Origin: Octopus sinensis
Lineage: Eukaryota
DNA: 64,000 nt
NCBI RefSeq assembly: GCF_006345805.1
Contig: NC_042997.1
Span: 39,246,001-39,310,000, forward strand
Direction of reading: 5' to 3'
In this document: positions 61,093-64,000 of the stretch, in pieces
Layout: every line of letters begins with the position of its first letter
Position numbering within the stretch: position 1 is the stretch's first letter
Translations under genes and position numbers: made by a program
Notes under the pieces: generated by a model
The model's database searches: none
The model's input: the letters and a program-made list of their open reading frames with translations, nothing else
What the model was told of the DNA's origin: nothing

Positions 61093-61412
61093 CATCATCA
61101 TCATCATCGTTTAACGTCCGTTTTCCATGCTAGCATGGGTTGGACGGTTCGACCGGGGTCTGGGAAGCCAGGAAACTGCACCAGGCTCCAGTTTGATCTG
61201 GCAGAGTTTCTACAGCTGGATGCCCTTCCTAACGCCAACCACTCCGTGAGTGTAGTGGGTGTTTTTACGTGCCACCGGCACAGGAGACAGAGGAAGCTGG
61301 CAAACGGCCACAAACGGTTGGTGCTTTTACGTGTTACCGACACGGACGCCAGTCAGGTGGCGCTGGCATCTGCCACGTTCGGACGGTGCTTTTTACGTGT
61401 CACCGGCACAGG
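61093..61412 (-). mobile_element. RTE 3' UTR fragment (D)
   Basis: Family match. Confidence 0.8.
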
Positions 61413-61874
61413 TATATATATATATATATATATATACACATTGTTGGTCAGTTGTTTTTTATTCAAAATGGTGCAGGAAACCACATACACTTTACTGTGG
61501 GCTTGAAATTCACATGTACTAACACATAAACGCATTCAAATTATTGAGGATAGAGGGTGTGTTAATAATGCCACATGGTAAAGCAAAACAAATACGATCT
61601 CTTAAGTAGGATTTTATCCTGCCTCAAAAACAAACACTCCCAAGACAATATGTAGTCTCGTGAATCTATATTGACGTGGCTTCCATGTGTGCAAAATATG
61701 TGCAGCTGGTAAATGGACATCTGCGCATAAAGATTCTCATTAGATGCTGCATATATTATCAATCAAGAGTCATCATTTACCAGGTTCCAGTGTTATTTGG
61801 CTTGGTTTCCACGACTGGATGCCCTTCCTAATGCCAACCCCTGTAAAAGTGTAGTGGGTGCCTATTATGTGTTA

Positions 61875-62084
61875 AGGCGGCGAGCTGGCAGAAACGTTAG
61901 CACACCTGGTGAAATGTGTCACCGTATTTCGTCTGTCGTTATGTTTTGAGTTCAAATTCCGCCGAGGTCGACTTTGCCTTTCATCCTTTCGGGGTCGATA
62001 AATAAAGTACCAGTTACACACTGGGGTTGATTTAATCTGTTTGTCTGTCCTTGTTTGTCCCCTTGTGGGCAGTAAAGAAATAGG
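61875..62084 (+). mobile_element. SINE-E nested in an RTE 3' UTR fragment
   Basis: 9-bp TSD TATGTGTTA at 61866-61874 and 62089-62097. Confidence 0.8.
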
Positions 62085-63119
62085 GATGTATGTGTTACCG
62101 GCACTATCCATGAATATGATATCACTTGGCTTGACAATTCATGATTTAAAAGCATGAGTCAGTCTGTTTGTTCACGACACAGATCATGGAAACACATTGC
62201 TATGATATCTAAGGTTCTGGGGGACTTTTCTGAGGTTATTGGCTATGAATAGGATTATTTCAGCCAAATGATTCTTAGAAATGGCAGCAACATGCAATTT
62301 GTGTGTCAAAGGCTGAAATCAAAATATTCTAAACATAAAGTGGGTGCAACTTACTTACTGCTATGACAAATATTCAAGAATATACGATATCCATTAATTA
62401 CCGATATCATGTTTCCCACACTGCATATTTAATCTTACTTTTGCTTTTTCTTTTTCATTAGATATGCTTCCACCCACTTAACTATAGTTTTGTTTTAGTT
62501 GACTATTTTTCTTGCTCTTCAATAATTTAGTTTTTAGTTATTTACACACACACACACACACACATATATATATCAGAAGCATCACTAATTTTATGATTTC
62601 TATTTAATTCTTGAGGTGTTTTTTTGGTCAGTAGGATAGAGCAAGTGTATGTTAACGATGCTAATCCCGACTAATTTGTTTTAAATATTCAATTCTTTAG
62701 TTGTTATATTTTTAAAAAATCCTTTAAATTTATGGCTCAAAAAAGAAAAAAAGTAAAGAAAAAAAGCAGAGGAAGCTTATATTAACAACCTTCACTTACC
62801 TTGCAACACTATTTGTGAATTGTAAATATAATAACCGTAACTGGACTATAATTGAATGTACTACATTAAAACTTAATTATCTTCAAAGTAACAATTCATA
62901 AATTTTAAAATCTAATTAGTTGTGTAAGACTAATTTTCATTATATAAGTTAGAATTACATCTTTGTATTTTGATTTTTGTATCTTGATGTATTCCTTGAG
63001 TAGCAACTTTCCAAAAAGCCTTTATATACTGTGGCAATTGAACTACAATACTCAGATTCACATTACGTTGACAAGCTGGCTTAACACTCTGGGAATAATG
63101 GAAATCATCAGGAATTGAG

Positions 63120-63154
<35 letters not shown>

Positions 63155-63157
<3 letters not shown>

Positions 63158-63490
63158 CATCATCGTCGTTTGGCGTCCGCTTTCCATGCTGGCATGGGTT
63201 GGACGGTGCAACTGGGGGGTCTAGGAAGCCAGGAGGCTGCGCCAGGCCCAGTCTGATCTGGCAGTGTTTCTACAGCTGGATGCCCTTCCTAACGCCAACC
63301 ACTCCATGAGTGTAGTGGGTGCTTTTTACGTGCCACCAGCACAGGTGCCAGACGAGGCTGGCAACGGCCACGATCGGATGGTGCTTTTTACGTGTCACCG
63401 GCACGGAAGCCAATCGGGGCGGCGCTGGCAATGGTCACGTTCGGATGATTCTCTTATGTGCCACCAGCACTGGTATCACAGCTACAATTT
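63155..63490 (-). mobile_element. RTE 3' UTR fragment (D)
   Basis: Family match. Confidence 0.8.
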
Positions 63491-64000
63491 CCATTGACGT
63501 TGATCGATTTTGGTATATACACAGAGAGAGAGAACGATGCAGCATAGATACATATAATTTTGTAAGAGAAAGGGATATGAGCATAACTTGGTACTCACTT
63601 ATTCCAATTGTTCCATATATTTCAGTATTCAATAACACATGTCACACTACAGATGCAACCAGTAGATGCAGCTTATAGGGCAAGCATGGAGCAAACACAT
63701 TGTAAGACAATCGATAAAAAAAAATAACTGCATATAATTATGTATGGATAATTAATATTTCACATTATACATCAGCCTATGTAATCTATGTATTATATAT
63801 ATAGTTGTACTACAATATATATAATATGTTATTATTGGTAAGAAACTCTCAGAAGAGATGAATAGCAGAAGGGCCTCGGAAAAGAAACAATTCAGGCAAG
63901 TGTTTCAGCCCTTAACGTCTTACACTCTAAGGGGGTTGTGTTGCATCCAAGTCATGACACTTGTGTGCCCTTCGGCCAATACTTTTAGCCACTTATGCAT

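Overview
AT-rich, repeat-dense animal genomic DNA. The SINE/LINE/MITE content looks like an octopus (coleoid cephalopod) genome; this is inferred from repeat families and was not database-checked. One host gene is visible on the + strand: a DRAK/STK17-type Ser/Thr kinase. Five coding exons (49985-50197, 51072-51210, 51430-51605, 54569-54748, 56245-56767) splice in frame through GT-AG introns, encode about 409 aa, and are followed by a roughly 2.5-kb TE-free putative 3' UTR. The first coding exon was not found, so bases 1-49984 are probably one very large intron (inference). The remainder is tRNA-derived SINEs (several modular families), 5'-truncated RTE and CR1 LINEs, TTAA/piggyBac-type MITEs, non-autonomous Helitrons, a DD37D (maT) transposon relic and many microsatellites. 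The most unusual signal is two repeat families sitting in (TA)n tracts that fold into minimal type-I hammerhead-ribozyme architectures with non-canonical cores, as expected for Penelope-like pLTRs. One has a G3-C8 swapped core (GUGAACA) and is duplicated as a 142-bp near-perfect fold-back at 43466-43754. The other has a CUGUNGA core in four copies. All structures were derived by eye; no folding or database search was run, and repeat boundaries are approximate to a few bases.
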